NCBI GenBank assembly: GCA_013239625.1
Contig: MU054098.1
Coordinates: forward strand, 62,001 to 126,000
Origin: Lama guanicoe
Taxonomy: Eukaryota
Length of the DNA stretch: 64,000 nucleotides
Reading direction: 5' to 3'
A model generated the notes under the pieces. That model searched no databases and was not told the origin of the DNA. It saw only the letters and a program-made list of their open reading frames with translations. The translations under genes and the position numbers were made by a program. Position 1 is the first letter of the stretch. The number at the start of each line of letters is the position of its first letter. Shown piece by piece: positions 1-12,008 of the stretch.

Positions 1-499
1 CAGCCTGGAATCACACTCTGTAGAGATACCCTACTCCCCAACAGGCCATGTGTCTGCCTATCTCCATTCCTTCTCCTCTGTGGCTCTCTCAGTGGAATGC
101 CCTTCACCCATCTCCTATCCACATTTCAAAAAGATCTTTGAGAAAGTCTCTTCAGAGTGTCCTCACACGAGATAAAAATGCTCTCTTCCCAATACTCTCA
201 CAGAACTGTGTGTTTTCTTCTATTACGGCCAGTAATTGAAGCTTTTTGTCTGATCCTTTCAGACAGCTCCAATTTTAAATATCTTGTTTTACTGTAAGAC
301 CATATGTACTAATTTTTTAATGGGAAAATACAGTCATCACAAGGAGAGCGTTTAATACTATTATACAAAAGCTCTTTGATGGAAGGGACCATATCCCATT
401 CATCCTTATATTCCCAACCCCTATCACAGTACCTACAGATTAGGTAATAATAATAATTAGGATAATATAATAACATATCATTGTAAGTTTATATTATAG

Positions 500-745
500 C
501 AGCTAACATTTATGGAGGACTTTTTATTTATGTGGACTGTGCTAAATGCTTTATATATACATTATGTAAGTTACTTCTCGGAAAAACTCTCTGAATCATG
601 TAACATTGTTATTTCCATTTTACAGAAAAGCAAGCAGGCTTAGAGAAGTTCACTAACTTGTCAGTCACACACCTAGAAAGAGGTAGAGCAGGGTCTCAAA
701 CCCAACTCTGCCTGACACCAAAGTCAGTATTCTCAAATATTACGC
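500..745 (-). mobile_element. MIR SINE remnant
   Basis: Core MIR-like text 'ccattttacagaaaag...ggcttagagaagttcactaacttg...gtctcaaacccaactctgcctgacaccaaag'. Confidence 0.7.
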
Positions 746-2651
746 TATATTATATAGCTTCCTCAACCACGGCTTATTGAATGAACTTATTTCCCCAACA
801 AGACTATAAACTTATTAAAGTAGAAGCAGGGCTTACTCATCTCTGTACTCCCCATAGCACTTAGTATAATGCAGGGACACAGTGCCTTCTCAATAAATAT
901 CGTGAATCCAAAATGGTCCACATCTAGAACCCACCCTTTTGATCACATCCATCCCATTTTAGGGAAGCTATGATTTCTTACATTTAAACAGCTAGTCTAA
1001 TTTTTGTTTGATATTCCTGGTCCTCTAGAGTGTTCTACTAGTCACATCTAACCAATTCAATCTTTCAACAACACTGAAAATTAGCTTTTTGATCATGACC
1101 ATCCTCTAGAACATGTCCTATTAACTCCGACATCAGTACCTTTTGTTTTATCCTGCCCCCACTCCCTCTTAGATCCCACCCTCCTGAAAAGAACTCCTTC
1201 TCTCTGTATCTACCTCACACTTATAATGCCTTCCTCCTCTTCCTTCTTCTCTCCTTATCCAAATTCTGCTCACCATTCAAGGTTCAACAGAAGCCTCACC
1301 CTCTCCCAAACCATGTTTCCCAATGACTCCACACCCCTGCTGCTCTTTCTTTTCAACTCCCACGGGATTTAGAACCTTGCTGCAAAATTTAGCAATTTAA
1401 TTATACACTTCCTCCTATAGTTATACAAGTGGTTGTCAGGACAGTCTGCCTGGGACACCCATCATCCTACTTGATTCAGTTCATCTGCCTCCTCCACACG
1501 GATCCTCAAACTTGGTCAAAGAGAATAATCTTCCCCAATCAAAGAGAACCATTCTTTCATCAACGGCACACAAATACTTGTCTAATTATTTTTCAAAATT
1601 GTTTGCTTCTCAAGAACAGAGTCTACACTTCATCTTCCTCTCGGATACTCCCACAATAATAATCCAATGCTGGATGCTAGGTACAGAGATATGGCTCAGA
1701 AAATTCCAACTGACTGCAACGTTTCGAGTACAATGAAAATTCCCAGCATGCCCAATATCCAGTGATCACTATTATTTATTAGGAAAGAAACAAGAGCCTA
1801 GGGTAGTTAAGTGACTGCCCAAGACACAGAGCTGTGCAGCAAATGTAAACATTTTTAAGAAAAGAGTATGTGAGAGAGAAGGTAATTTACCACTCCTACC
1901 ATAAAAATAAAAACAAAGCGGCTACACACTACTTTGTGGAAGAGAATTTAAAAACTCCTAACAAACATGACCATGATGTTGAGAAATATGAACGAATGCC
2001 AGAAAATATAGTCACCCTTCTAGCTAATGTTAACTCGTTTTCATTACTCAAAGGAGAAGAGATTCACTTTATCCTTGAACTGAAATCACCAAAACGGTAA
2101 CTGTGCAAAATGTACAGACCATTGGCAATAAACAGGTTCAGTAAAGACTGTATATATGAGTTCTAAAAGTTGTTTCTCCAAAACATTGGTGTTAAATGGC
2201 TACTGCCAATAAAACAGGCCATGCTTTTAAAAAACAAGGACACGAATGCTTCCCTTGTGGCACATTCATTCCTATGAGACACCCTCCTGCTCCCCTGTAT
2301 TCAATATCGCTTAATTTCAGCCTCTTTCATGCTAAGTACTGTAAACAACCATTTCCACTCTATTAGTCCTAATAACATAGTATAACTATAACCAAACACT
2401 AGAATTTTTTGTTCATACATAAGCCATCACTGCGGTAACCATAGGTTTTTTAGTGATTAATTTTTAACCTTAGAGCTGATTTTTCTCAAGAGGCTTGGAG
2501 CTTTGTTTGCTTCCTTTCCGAAAACTTTAATGGACTCTTTAGTGGGCCCGAGTAACTGCAGTAACTGAAGAAGTTATATGCCTCTTTCTCAATGTAATGA
2601 TTTGTTGCTCTCAAAGTCAAAGCAAGTGAGTCAAACTCTAAACGCCCTCAC

Positions 2652-2672
2652 CTGTGTCACAGGTTCCTAGCC
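2652..2672 (-). other. Candidate 21-nt micro-exon of the minus-strand gene
   Basis: Minus strand reads ccttcatcacttctctctgctttcacctttcctcaacttgcag|GGCTAGGAACCTGTGACACAG|gtgagg: long pyrimidine tract, CAG acceptor and CAG|GTGAG donor. Confidence 0.3.
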
Positions 2673-4261
2673 CTGCAAGTTGAGGAAAGGTGAAAGCAGA
2701 GAGAAGTGATGAAGGATTTTACTGTTTATTATTCTAGCACGTCAGTATTATTAAAAATTGTTCATCATGGTCAATGTGGAGAACAAACTCCTACGATGAA
2801 AGCAATACTCAACACGTCCAGCATGCTTTACTCAGCGAGGTTGTTTTTCAGGCCTAGATCTTCTGGTAATTCTACGTGACATTTCAGCCACAAATTGGTA
2901 AAACTGAACAGAGGACACCGCTAGATAACCCCAAATAGAACTGACAGCATTTCCCCATGAGGCACTGTTATATATGCTGTTAGGCTGTACAGGGTTTCAG
3001 ACTAGAGAATGAAGTACGCACATCTGGATACATTTAGCAACTCTGCTTCAACAATTCGTTTAGATTAAAATATTATGAACACTAAAACATAGCATTTAGA
3101 GTAACACAGCATTACCATTTTAGGGATATTTGTGAAGTAACCCCAAAAAACTTACCTACTATTTCCAAGACAAAATATGTTTCAAATTCCAAATCTATTG
3201 AGCAATGAACTTTGGAAGGTTCTATCTGTGACTGAAGGATACCTCTCCCTTTTATCCAACCCCAAGTAGCCGCCTACCTATAACTGCAATTTTGTCCTGG
3301 ATGTATCCAAAAACGTTAGGGGGACTTAAACATTAGCTTATGATTTAATGTGAAGAAGGGACGGCTATCTCCTGCAAGTTTGCTGCTCCAGCAATGCCTG
3401 CGGATGCATGAGAGAGGGAGGAAGGGCTTCCGAAGGGATTTAAAGGAGCTGCAAAGTCCTGGTTCCTAACTAGTAACTCCCTTGCCCCAACTCCAGCAGC
3501 CCCTCGCAGTGAGCGATGACCATCTACTTCTCTATCTCCTCCGCTAGTCTGCAAGCTTCTAGAAACCAGGGCTGATATCTTATTTGGCTTTGTATCTTGG
3601 CTCACAATAAGCCCCTTGTAAATATTTGTTGAATAAATAAGCTCTGATGTTGGCGAGTAGAGAAAATGAACAGACTTAAACATAATGCAGGCTAAATAGT
3701 TGTCTCGTGTGGTTTTAAACATGCATACTCTAGAAAAAGTTGGGAACAAAATAGTCAAGACACAATAATGTTCCCACATTCTTCACAGGCACTTGGCCTG
3801 TTAGCATGCTTTAACCATCTACTCTTGTTTAATACTTCAGGATACTACAAAACTCCTCAAGATGTTTGCAACCTAGGTGTCCTTTGAATTTAGCTGAAAG
3901 TCAAACAGAAAGGTTTGGTTTTTATTTTCTTTCTCAGAAACAGTTTTTACTTGCAACAATTTTACTGATCGAGTGTGCACATTTCACCTTTATTGATAAT
4001 ACACATCATGCACAAATCATGTTTTGACAAACCTGCAATTTACAGATAAAAGTATCATTTAGAAATAAATGAAATTATCTCAAACTTTAGCTATATTTAA
4101 ATTTATTATGAAAATTTTCAATGGATACAAAGGTAAGAAAATAACACAACAAACACTGATAAACCTGTCATCCAGATTCTACATTTATCAAGATTTCCCC
4201 ACAACTGCTTCATTGATTCTCTCTTCCTGTTCTCTCTCCTTTTCCCCCACTCCCTCCCCTC

Positions 4262-4263
4262 CC

Positions 4264-4307
<44 letters not shown>
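4262..4307. repeat. (CT)n microsatellite
   Basis: Directly visible ctctctct run. Confidence 0.95.
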
Positions 4308-4646
4308 GAATTATTTTAAAGCAAACCCTAGACATCTCATGATTTCACCCTACGGAGCTATTAAGAAACAAGTTCATTTTCTGGTAATACCTCTATTTAA
4401 TCTATTTTTCAAGTACCAATATCTATGAGTCACTTAAACTCCCAAGGGTGCCCAATCCTGTGTCATTTCCTGGAGGAATATCCAATACTTCCGTTTTAAG
4501 TAAAAGTTTCCTTTCTTCTTTTCCTCTTAATACAAAAAGATAAGATCTTTAAGCAATGGCTATTTAAAAATAAGTTAATAATTTTTCCAGTAATAGAAAC
4601 ATTCAATTCGATTAAGTCAGATTGAAGATATTCTTTAAATTCTTAC

Positions 4647-4724
4647 CAGATGAGAGTTTAGTAGATATTTAACATACATCTTCATCATATTCTCAAAGCC
4701 CCTTTTCCTGTTATGAAGAACCCC
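4647..4724 (-). other. Candidate 78-nt internal exon (probably 5'UTR) of the minus-strand gene
   Basis: Minus strand reads ...gttgtttttttgggtttgatag|GGGGTTCTTCATAACAGG...CTAAACTCTCATCTG|gtaaga: T-rich acceptor and CTG|GTAAGA donor in non-repetitive sequence. Confidence 0.45.
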
Positions 4725-6599
4725 CTATCAAACCCAAAAAAACAACAGTGACAACCCTTCCCCATCTTTACAAAGCTAAGGTGTCTTAACTCCTTGGACT
4801 GAAACAGCAGTCTTCTTTTAAAGGGTCTAATCCACTTTCCAAAAATATCTGAATAACTTATGACAAAATATATCTGCTTCTAATGAAATTAACTTTCACA
4901 CCTGAGGAGTATTTCCATTTTCCTTCCTATGAAAATCAACACTGAAGCCAAGGGCAACCTTATATATGTAAAATCTCACAAGGCAAGATCAGACTAGTTA
5001 ACTCAAAATATTATGATGCACAAGTCAGAAATCACTGGAGATAAAATTTCAGCTTAGAAGCTGAGCTAAGCCAAAAGCTTTTCTATGAGTTACTGAAATT
5101 GCCTCCTGCAGTGTTACATACCCTGCTTATATATTCCCAAATACAGTACTTGTTAATTGAGAAAACTAGATTCTTTGGTTTCATACTTCACTTTTTACTT
5201 TGTATGGGTGTAGTAAGAACAAGTAATTTTGAGGTTACCCTTGACTCAGAGTCGAGATTTATAAAAACTAGCTATATGGAAATAAGAAGAAATAAAACTG
5301 GTAATGATCACCATGTGATGGAAAACCCTGGTGAGTTTGTGAGCATGGGAAATCACTATCACTACCATGCTATACTAACATCCCCAAAAGCTCATCATGA
5401 ATGATTTTCATGTATTTTGGAAAAAAGAAATGAACACTAGGACAACTGTTTGTCATACGTTATTTTGTAAGAGTAGAATATCAATCTGTTTGTCATATTC
5501 TGTCATGAGAGCTACCTTCAACTTCTATTTCCCAGAATTTGGAAAAATCATTTAATAGGGATCAAAGGCATTTGAAATCCCACCCCACCCCAAATATAAA
5601 GTACTAATTCCTGTCATTTAAACCTTTGAGCATCTAATTGGATACAGCTATATAATGAGGATTTCAAAACCCATTTTCAAAAAGTACAAAGTCCCTAAAA
5701 TATTCCCAAAATAAAAGCAGAGTATAGAGAGAACAGGTTAGATTCTAAACTTCAAAAATTTGTCTTGAACACGTAAGATTTAGACTGTCTCCAAATGTTT
5801 AACTACCCAAACACACAAAAAGGATTTCGAGAGTTTTAAAGTAAATTTCTGCTTGAATATTCCGTAATCTAAAAGTTAGAACCTAACAAAATAACATTAA
5901 AATCACTACCCTTCTGGGACGAGAGCAAACCTGTTCCTTTCTCCCAGCACTAAAAGAAGGAACCTCCCACGCCCAGAACTCCAATCTGGAAACCCAACAT
6001 TCTTCTTACGATTTCAACTTAGGAGAGCAAGTCATAACACTTCCTGCTAGAGAAAGAACAGCCTGACAGAAGAGTGATACAGTGCTTACGAATCCCCTTC
6101 CTGTCTGCCTCACAGTATTTTGCCAAGTATTAATAAATTCTAACTTCACAATATTTAGAGAAAAGTGAATTTTTTCATTCCGGCTCCACCGAAATCATGC
6201 AAGAACACAAGGGAATTTAAAGTTGGTTCAAGTCAAATTGCTACAACCCACATACCTATTTAAAATTTGAACATTAGCCAAGTAACCTGCTTATTTTAGA
6301 ACACATGGAACCAGATTCTCTCCAGAGGCCAAGTCACTCGTCCCGAGGAAAGTACATTACTCAGAAAGGCAAATTAACGTCTCAGACCACTTAAGTTCTA
6401 TTATTCATTCCAATCTATACTTCTTCATGTCTGTATGACACTTACACCCCAAATACTAGGTGCTGGAGCATTTACTGCGAATATCTACATCTTGTTTTCT
6501 GTTAAAAATGTAAACTATTAAGTGTAGGAAATACATTTTCTAGCAGCTTAGCACATAGGAACTAAGCCACTACTTGCTGAACTGAATTTTCTACTGAGA

Positions 6600-6850
6600 G
6601 GCAAAACTGCTGAGTAGTTCAGTGCTCTGAAGCCAGACTGGGTTCAAATCCTGTCTCCCTAATTTTCTAGCTTGTCCCTGGGCAAACTGCTTAATTCTTG
6701 TGCCTCTGTTATCTCATCCAGGAATAATAATAACTACTTCATATAATAATAACTATTTTGCACATTGTTGTGATGCTTAAATGATTTAAATTTAGATTTA
6801 GTGTTCAAATTTTAGATCATAGCCCGGCATGTGGTAAGCATTAGCTATGT
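6600..6850 (+). mobile_element. MIR SINE remnant
   Basis: 'ctctgaagccagactgggttcaaatcctgtctcc...ctgggcaaactgcttaattcttgtgcctctgttatctcatc' matches the MIR core. Confidence 0.7.
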
Positions 6851-9433
6851 GGTAATTGCTGTATTCTTAAGACTTGTTTTTTAACTGGCCTAGCAATTCT
6901 AATTAGTTAATTGCTAAATTAAGCAACTGGTTAGTTGTGAGTACCCTTTATGGGAGAGAACAGAAAATTCCTATGAATATCATGTGAGGCTCAAGAGACC
7001 ACTTCAAATACAGACCGACAGAGGGGAAGTCAATCATTTGAAAGGAAACGGAGCGCAGTCAGGGCATCAGGGCCTTAGGAGTCTGACAGACTGTGTGAGT
7101 TTGAACCAATCACTTAGCTTCTCTGAGTCCTAGGTTCATATCTATAAAAGTGGAGCTAATTCCACATACTTCACAGGGTTGCCATGATGATTAAATGAGA
7201 TACGTTCATAAGAGGGTCTGGCTCCAGCAAGGTCATAATCTGTCTGGGATGTAACATGCAGAAGAGCATCTGCTCCATCTACCTAATAAGAATGAAAGTG
7301 AGATAATAGATCCTCCAGTGCTCTATAAATAATATAAAGGGAAGCGTTTTATGATAACATACTGAATTCCCAGAATAAGGAGGCGACTCACACTGCAGTG
7401 ACTTGTAAGAAGGATCGGGAGAGCCCATGTCAGGGGGCAGAGTGTTCTCCTGTCCCCATCACCAACCACCCTTAGCAGACACCGGATTACATTCTGTCTC
7501 CTTAATGGAAGCACCTCTTTATTTCATCAGTGGCAAAAATTGCATGAAATATCAAAAGGCAGCACAATCCGGTACAGAAGGAATAGACTGGCAGGAGCCA
7601 AAGGATGTGTTTCTCCATCTGTCTTCATTGCTGACTCACTATGTGAAACCTCTTCAACTCTCCTGAGTCTCGGTTTCACTGTTTGTGAAACAAGCGCAGG
7701 GCTACGTGCCTGTGCCCCGGCAGGGACGTGTGACGTGCTAAGTAGCACTCAAGCGCTCTGAGCGAACTGGAAGAAAGGGTATGCATGTATGTATTATCAC
7801 ACATTTCCAGAGAAAACTGGGGCACAGGCAATTGCCTCGGGTGAGAAGACAGTATCAGTGTTAGACCAGAAATGTTGGGTTTTCCCAGCCTCACTTTTTC
7901 TTCAGCCACACTTGTCACTTCAACACACTTAGATGGGTCTGTCCCAAGTGTTCTGAACTTCTTCAGTGACCATGCTACCTAGAAACGGCTTCCTTGACTT
8001 TCCCTTTCTTGGTCATCTGGAATGTATGTGCCTTCATGCTTTCTGAACTCCAAGGCTAATTTTTGATCACAGTGAAATCTGTCAACACCAAGTCGTTGAT
8101 TCTGAAGTCTATTCACCATAACAGAATGGAATTTATTTCAATTGCAAAATATTGTGGTGAAAGTTCTAGGAATGAATATTCCCTTTAAAAATGGACAGCT
8201 TCTACTTAGTGAATACCAGGACATTTCGTAAAAGACTGCTGTATCATGTCAGTAGTTCAACCAGTTTTAGTCTGTGGCCCATCCTGTAATCATCTAAATG
8301 TCTCATCATGTGAAGTAGGTGCAGGTGTGTGGGGCTGGAGGGTGTTGGTGTTTGTGTACGTGTGTATGTGACTGTGTGTGAGTAGCATCTCTGCTCTTAC
8401 TACGGGTAATGAAAACTGGCTTGGGAATACAAGATGATGGCAAGGGTTGGGTAATACATTTCACATTTTTATAAGCAGGCTGCAGAATGAAAATAGCTTT
8501 TACACTGCATTCCAAATTCATCATGATGAACACAGACGAAAGCCAATGGTAACCAATCTGTACCCATAAAGTTCAAAAGCTCCTTCTCGCTCACTCTCAG
8601 GTGTTACAAACAAATCCATAAAGTTGAAAGTTCACACACAAGCACCTGTGGACACACGCATCCCTCAGGGTGGACAGGAAGGAAAGAGGCACACCCGAAG
8701 TTGCATGAGAGTTTCATAGACGTATCACTGTGACATGCAGTTAGGACACAAGACCAAGACGTCCTATATTTAAAGTCTCCTCCAACTTTCATTCAAACGT
8801 CATGCTCTCCCCACCACACCCAGTACCGGGTATATTCTTTCCAGGTGTGACACATACAGTGGAGGCCTCTCACACTGCTTCATGCCACACCTCAATAACA
8901 CTAATCTATTGTCCTTTAATGAAATAGGATTTCACGTATCTTCATGACTTATAAACAAACAACACCCACACTGAGCGAGGCATCGAAGCAAGGGGAGCTA
9001 ACATAAAACAAGTACCAAATTAACACACAGGATATTGCTACTGTAATTTTGGGCTATTGTGGAAAGTTTAGGAAATTTATACTAGAAACAGTAGTAGGTA
9101 CACAAACTTCCTGTTGAATGAATGTCTCACTTTTAAGAATCGAGTAGACCCAGTTTATGTGATGATATGGGGTAAAACAGGCCACAAAAACATCTTAATT
9201 TCAATATTCCATGGGATGTCTCCCCAATAATAAATATTAGCTCTATATTTGCATAACAAAGTAATCAACATTTTAAAATAAGATGTCTTATTATACATTA
9301 AATCATATACGTTACCTTAATGCACACTAACACAAAAGGTTGAAATAAAATTGAAGGATTTAAATGTGGGTCCTCCAAAAATTATCAACTGAACTACACA
9401 TGTGGTAAGTAACTGATTTAAAAGACATCTGTG

Positions 9434-9659
9434 GTGACTATATATAGTTAACAATACTGAATTACGTATTTCAAAATTGCTAAGAGAGTAGAAGTTACCT
9501 TAAAAGTTATCATCGTGAGAAAAAAAAAGTGTAACTAGGGTGGTGGATGTTAACTAGACTTGTAATAATTACCTCACAATATATACATACATTAAATCAT
9601 GTTGTAGATCTTAAACTAAAACAATGTTGTATGTCAATTATATCTCAATGAAACAGGGG
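9434..9659 (+). mobile_element. 5'-truncated L1 3' end (L1MA9-like) with TSD
   Basis: L1 3'UTR text ('gtgactatatatagttaacaatactg...gtatgtcaattatatctcaat') flanked by the direct repeat AAAGACATCTGTG at 9421-9433 and 9660-9672. Confidence 0.8.
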
Positions 9660-9909
9660 AAAGACATCTGTGTTCTGTTCACAGGCTAATAAAATAATTC
9701 AAAGAAATAACTCGTGTGCTCTACACCTTTCTGTCCTGAGACATTCCAAAAAAGAAGGCTAGGAAAGGAAATAGGAAAGCACAGGAAACAATAAAAAACC
9801 CAACTAACTCGGCAGTTCCTAAACTTTCTGGCCTCAGGACCTAAAGACCCCAAAGCGCTTTTTGATGTGTGGGTTAGATCTGTCAATGACTATCAGAAAT
9901 TTCGACTAG

Positions 9910-10218
9910 GCCAGCAGTCCTACTCCTGGGCGTATATCCAGAAGGAAAAAAAAGACACCTGCATCCCAATGTTCACAGCAGCACTATTTACAGTAGCCAA
10001 GACATGGAAACAACCTACATGTCCACTGACAGAGGACTGGATAAAGTTGTGGTATATTTATACAATGGAATACTACTCAGCCATAAAAACAGTAACATAA
10101 TGCCATTTGCAGCAACATGGATATTCCTGGAGAATGTCATTCTAAGTGAAGTAAACCAGAAAGAGAAAGAAAAATACCATATGAGATCACTCCATATGTG
10201 GAATCTAAAAAAAAAAAA
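9910..10218 (+). mobile_element. L1 fragment (ORF2 C-terminus) ending at an A-tract
   Basis: The ORF track gives TCIPMFTAALFTVAKTWKQPTCP..DWIKLWYIYTMEYYSAIK, the L1 ORF2 C-terminal motif; the fragment ends at 'ggaatctaaaaaaaaaaaa'. Confidence 0.9.
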
Positions 10219-10338
10219 TTACAACTATGAAATTTTAAAGATATTTATTTTAAAATAACAATAAACCCACTGTATATTAATATAAATAACATTCTTAAAT
10301 AAAAATAACTATATTTTCAAAAAATCTAGTGGGAAGAA

Positions 10339-11194
10339 GCAGTTCGCACAGCAGTTCCACAGACCCAGGGGCACCCCTTCTTCCAGCCTCTGATCACCCT
10401 CCAACCTCTTTTCCAGTCGCAACCTTGGGAATCAACCACTCAAACATGTGCAGCTCCTGAGACCAACCAACACCATTTTTTGAGCTTAGCTCCTTATTGC
10501 TGATCAACTATGAGCTCCCAGATTTGTCAGAATTATTCCATCTAGGTGGAAGCCGCCATCAACCACCCGGTGAACTGGCACCTGAGGTCCTCCGACACCT
10601 ACCTCTCTCTGGGTTTCTATTTCTCCTGTGATGATATGGCTCTGGAGCGTGTGGGTCACGTCTTCCGTGAGCCTGCTGAGGCGAAGCACAAGGGCATCCA
10701 GCCTCTTTCGAAAACGCAAAACCAGCGGAGTGGCCAGGCCCTCTCTTCCAGGATGTGCAGAAGCCATCCGGTGATGAGTGGGGCAAAACCCTGGAAGCTA
10801 TGGAAACTGCTGTTCTCATGGAGAATAACAAAGCCAGGCCCTTTGGCACCCGTGTGCCCTGGGTTCTACCGCGCAGGCCCACATCTCTGACTTCCGGGAA
10901 CGCCGCTTCCGGCGCGAGCAGGTGAAACTCATGCAGAAGACGGCGACCACGCGGCTAACCTCGGCCGGCGGGCTGGCTGGTTCCCGGGCGGTGCTGGGCG
11001 AGTAGCTCCCGAAAAGGCTCACTCGCTGGCAAGACTAGGAGCCTCTGGAACCCAGCAGCCTTTGAGGAGCCCCTCTGGAGTCAGGGCTTCTCCCTGAAGC
11101 CTCTCTGCAGCCACTAGGCAGCTTTTTAACCACCCTGGAGCCCTCACCCAAGCCTTGGACCAAATGGAAACAAAGCTTTTTGCAGGGAAAAAAA
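10339..11194 (+). pseudogene. FTL: Processed ferritin light chain pseudogene
   Basis: ATG at 10510 gives MSSQICQNYSI* (premature TAG at 10543), then [42 protein letters not shown]..., matching [40 protein letters not shown]. It is intronless with frameshifts, has FTL-like 5' and 3' UTRs, a decayed polyA signal (aacaaagctttttg), an A-tail at 11188-11194 and an imperfect TSD (agtgggaaga / agtgagaaga). Confidence 0.95.
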
Positions 11195-11418
11195 GTGAGA
11201 AGAGTATATTGTTTACATTTTTGTTTAACTCAGTAAAATTTTCATATCTGCTTCTGCATGCAGCCTGTTGCAATATGTTGTTTCAGATCAAGTATATGAA
11301 GAAAACATGGCCTCCCACAGAAACGTTGAAAAAGGAAGTATTTTAAGAGCCTTTTCAGATAATTATGTATATTCTTCTTTATAATACTATGTGAAAACTC
11401 AAGAAGTGGTAGTTTCTT

Positions 11419-11450
11419 TTTTTTTTTTTAATTGAAGTATAGCGAGTTTA
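11419..11450 (-). mobile_element. Ultra-short L1 3'-terminal insertion with 19-bp TSD
   Basis: PolyT plus 'aattgaagtatag' (same terminus as the L1 at 15733) between perfect repeats CAAGAAGTGGTAGTTTCTT at 11400-11418 and 11451-11469. Confidence 0.85.
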
Positions 11451-11866
11451 CAAGAAGTGGTAGTTTCTTAAACTTTTGTTGCATTTTGGAATCTGATACT
11501 AGATCAATGACTTTTTCGTACTCTTGTTACGCTAAAATCCATTGGTCTACCTTGCACTTTAAGTGGACCTTCTACCCATGCTTGATTTTGTAATATCATG
11601 TGCTGGTCTTTTGGAACAATATTGTTTGATACAAGTCTTCCGAATGTTGTCAACTTCATTTTACAACATCTAACAAATTGCTTTCATTAAAAACACCACC
11701 AATATCATTAGAAAAGTACCGAGGCTTGGTGGCTGATGCAAGTTTTCAAGAACTGAATTTTTGCTTGAAATCACTATCATTGGCAACAAATACTCTCAGT
11801 TGTTGTCCTTGCAGTGACAAGCACACTTGGTTCATTTTTCATAAAATATCTGCCAAATATTCACTT

Positions 11867-12008
11867 TTTTTTACTAATAGACTTTAATTTTTTAGAGCAG
11901 CTTCAGGTTCACAGCAGAATTGAGCAGAGAATACAGAGTTCACACAGAGCCCTCCCCATCCACACATATATACTCCCCTACCTTCAACATCCCTCATCAG
12001 TGTGGCAT
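11867..12008 (-). mobile_element. Old L1 (L1MC/MB-like) 3' fragment with 14-bp TSD
   Basis: 'tttttagagcagcttcaggttcacagcagaattgagcag' L1 3' text flanked by CCAAATATTCACTT at 11853-11866 and 12009-12022. Confidence 0.8.

Noticed and set aside
3345..3779. 144-aa minus-strand ORF
   Set aside because: No recognisable homology or splice context, and it overlaps L2-like decayed sequence.
10546..10890. 114-aa ferritin-like ORF as a functional gene
   Set aside because: It starts at GTG after a premature TAG, and it frameshifts out of ferritin homology near 10745.
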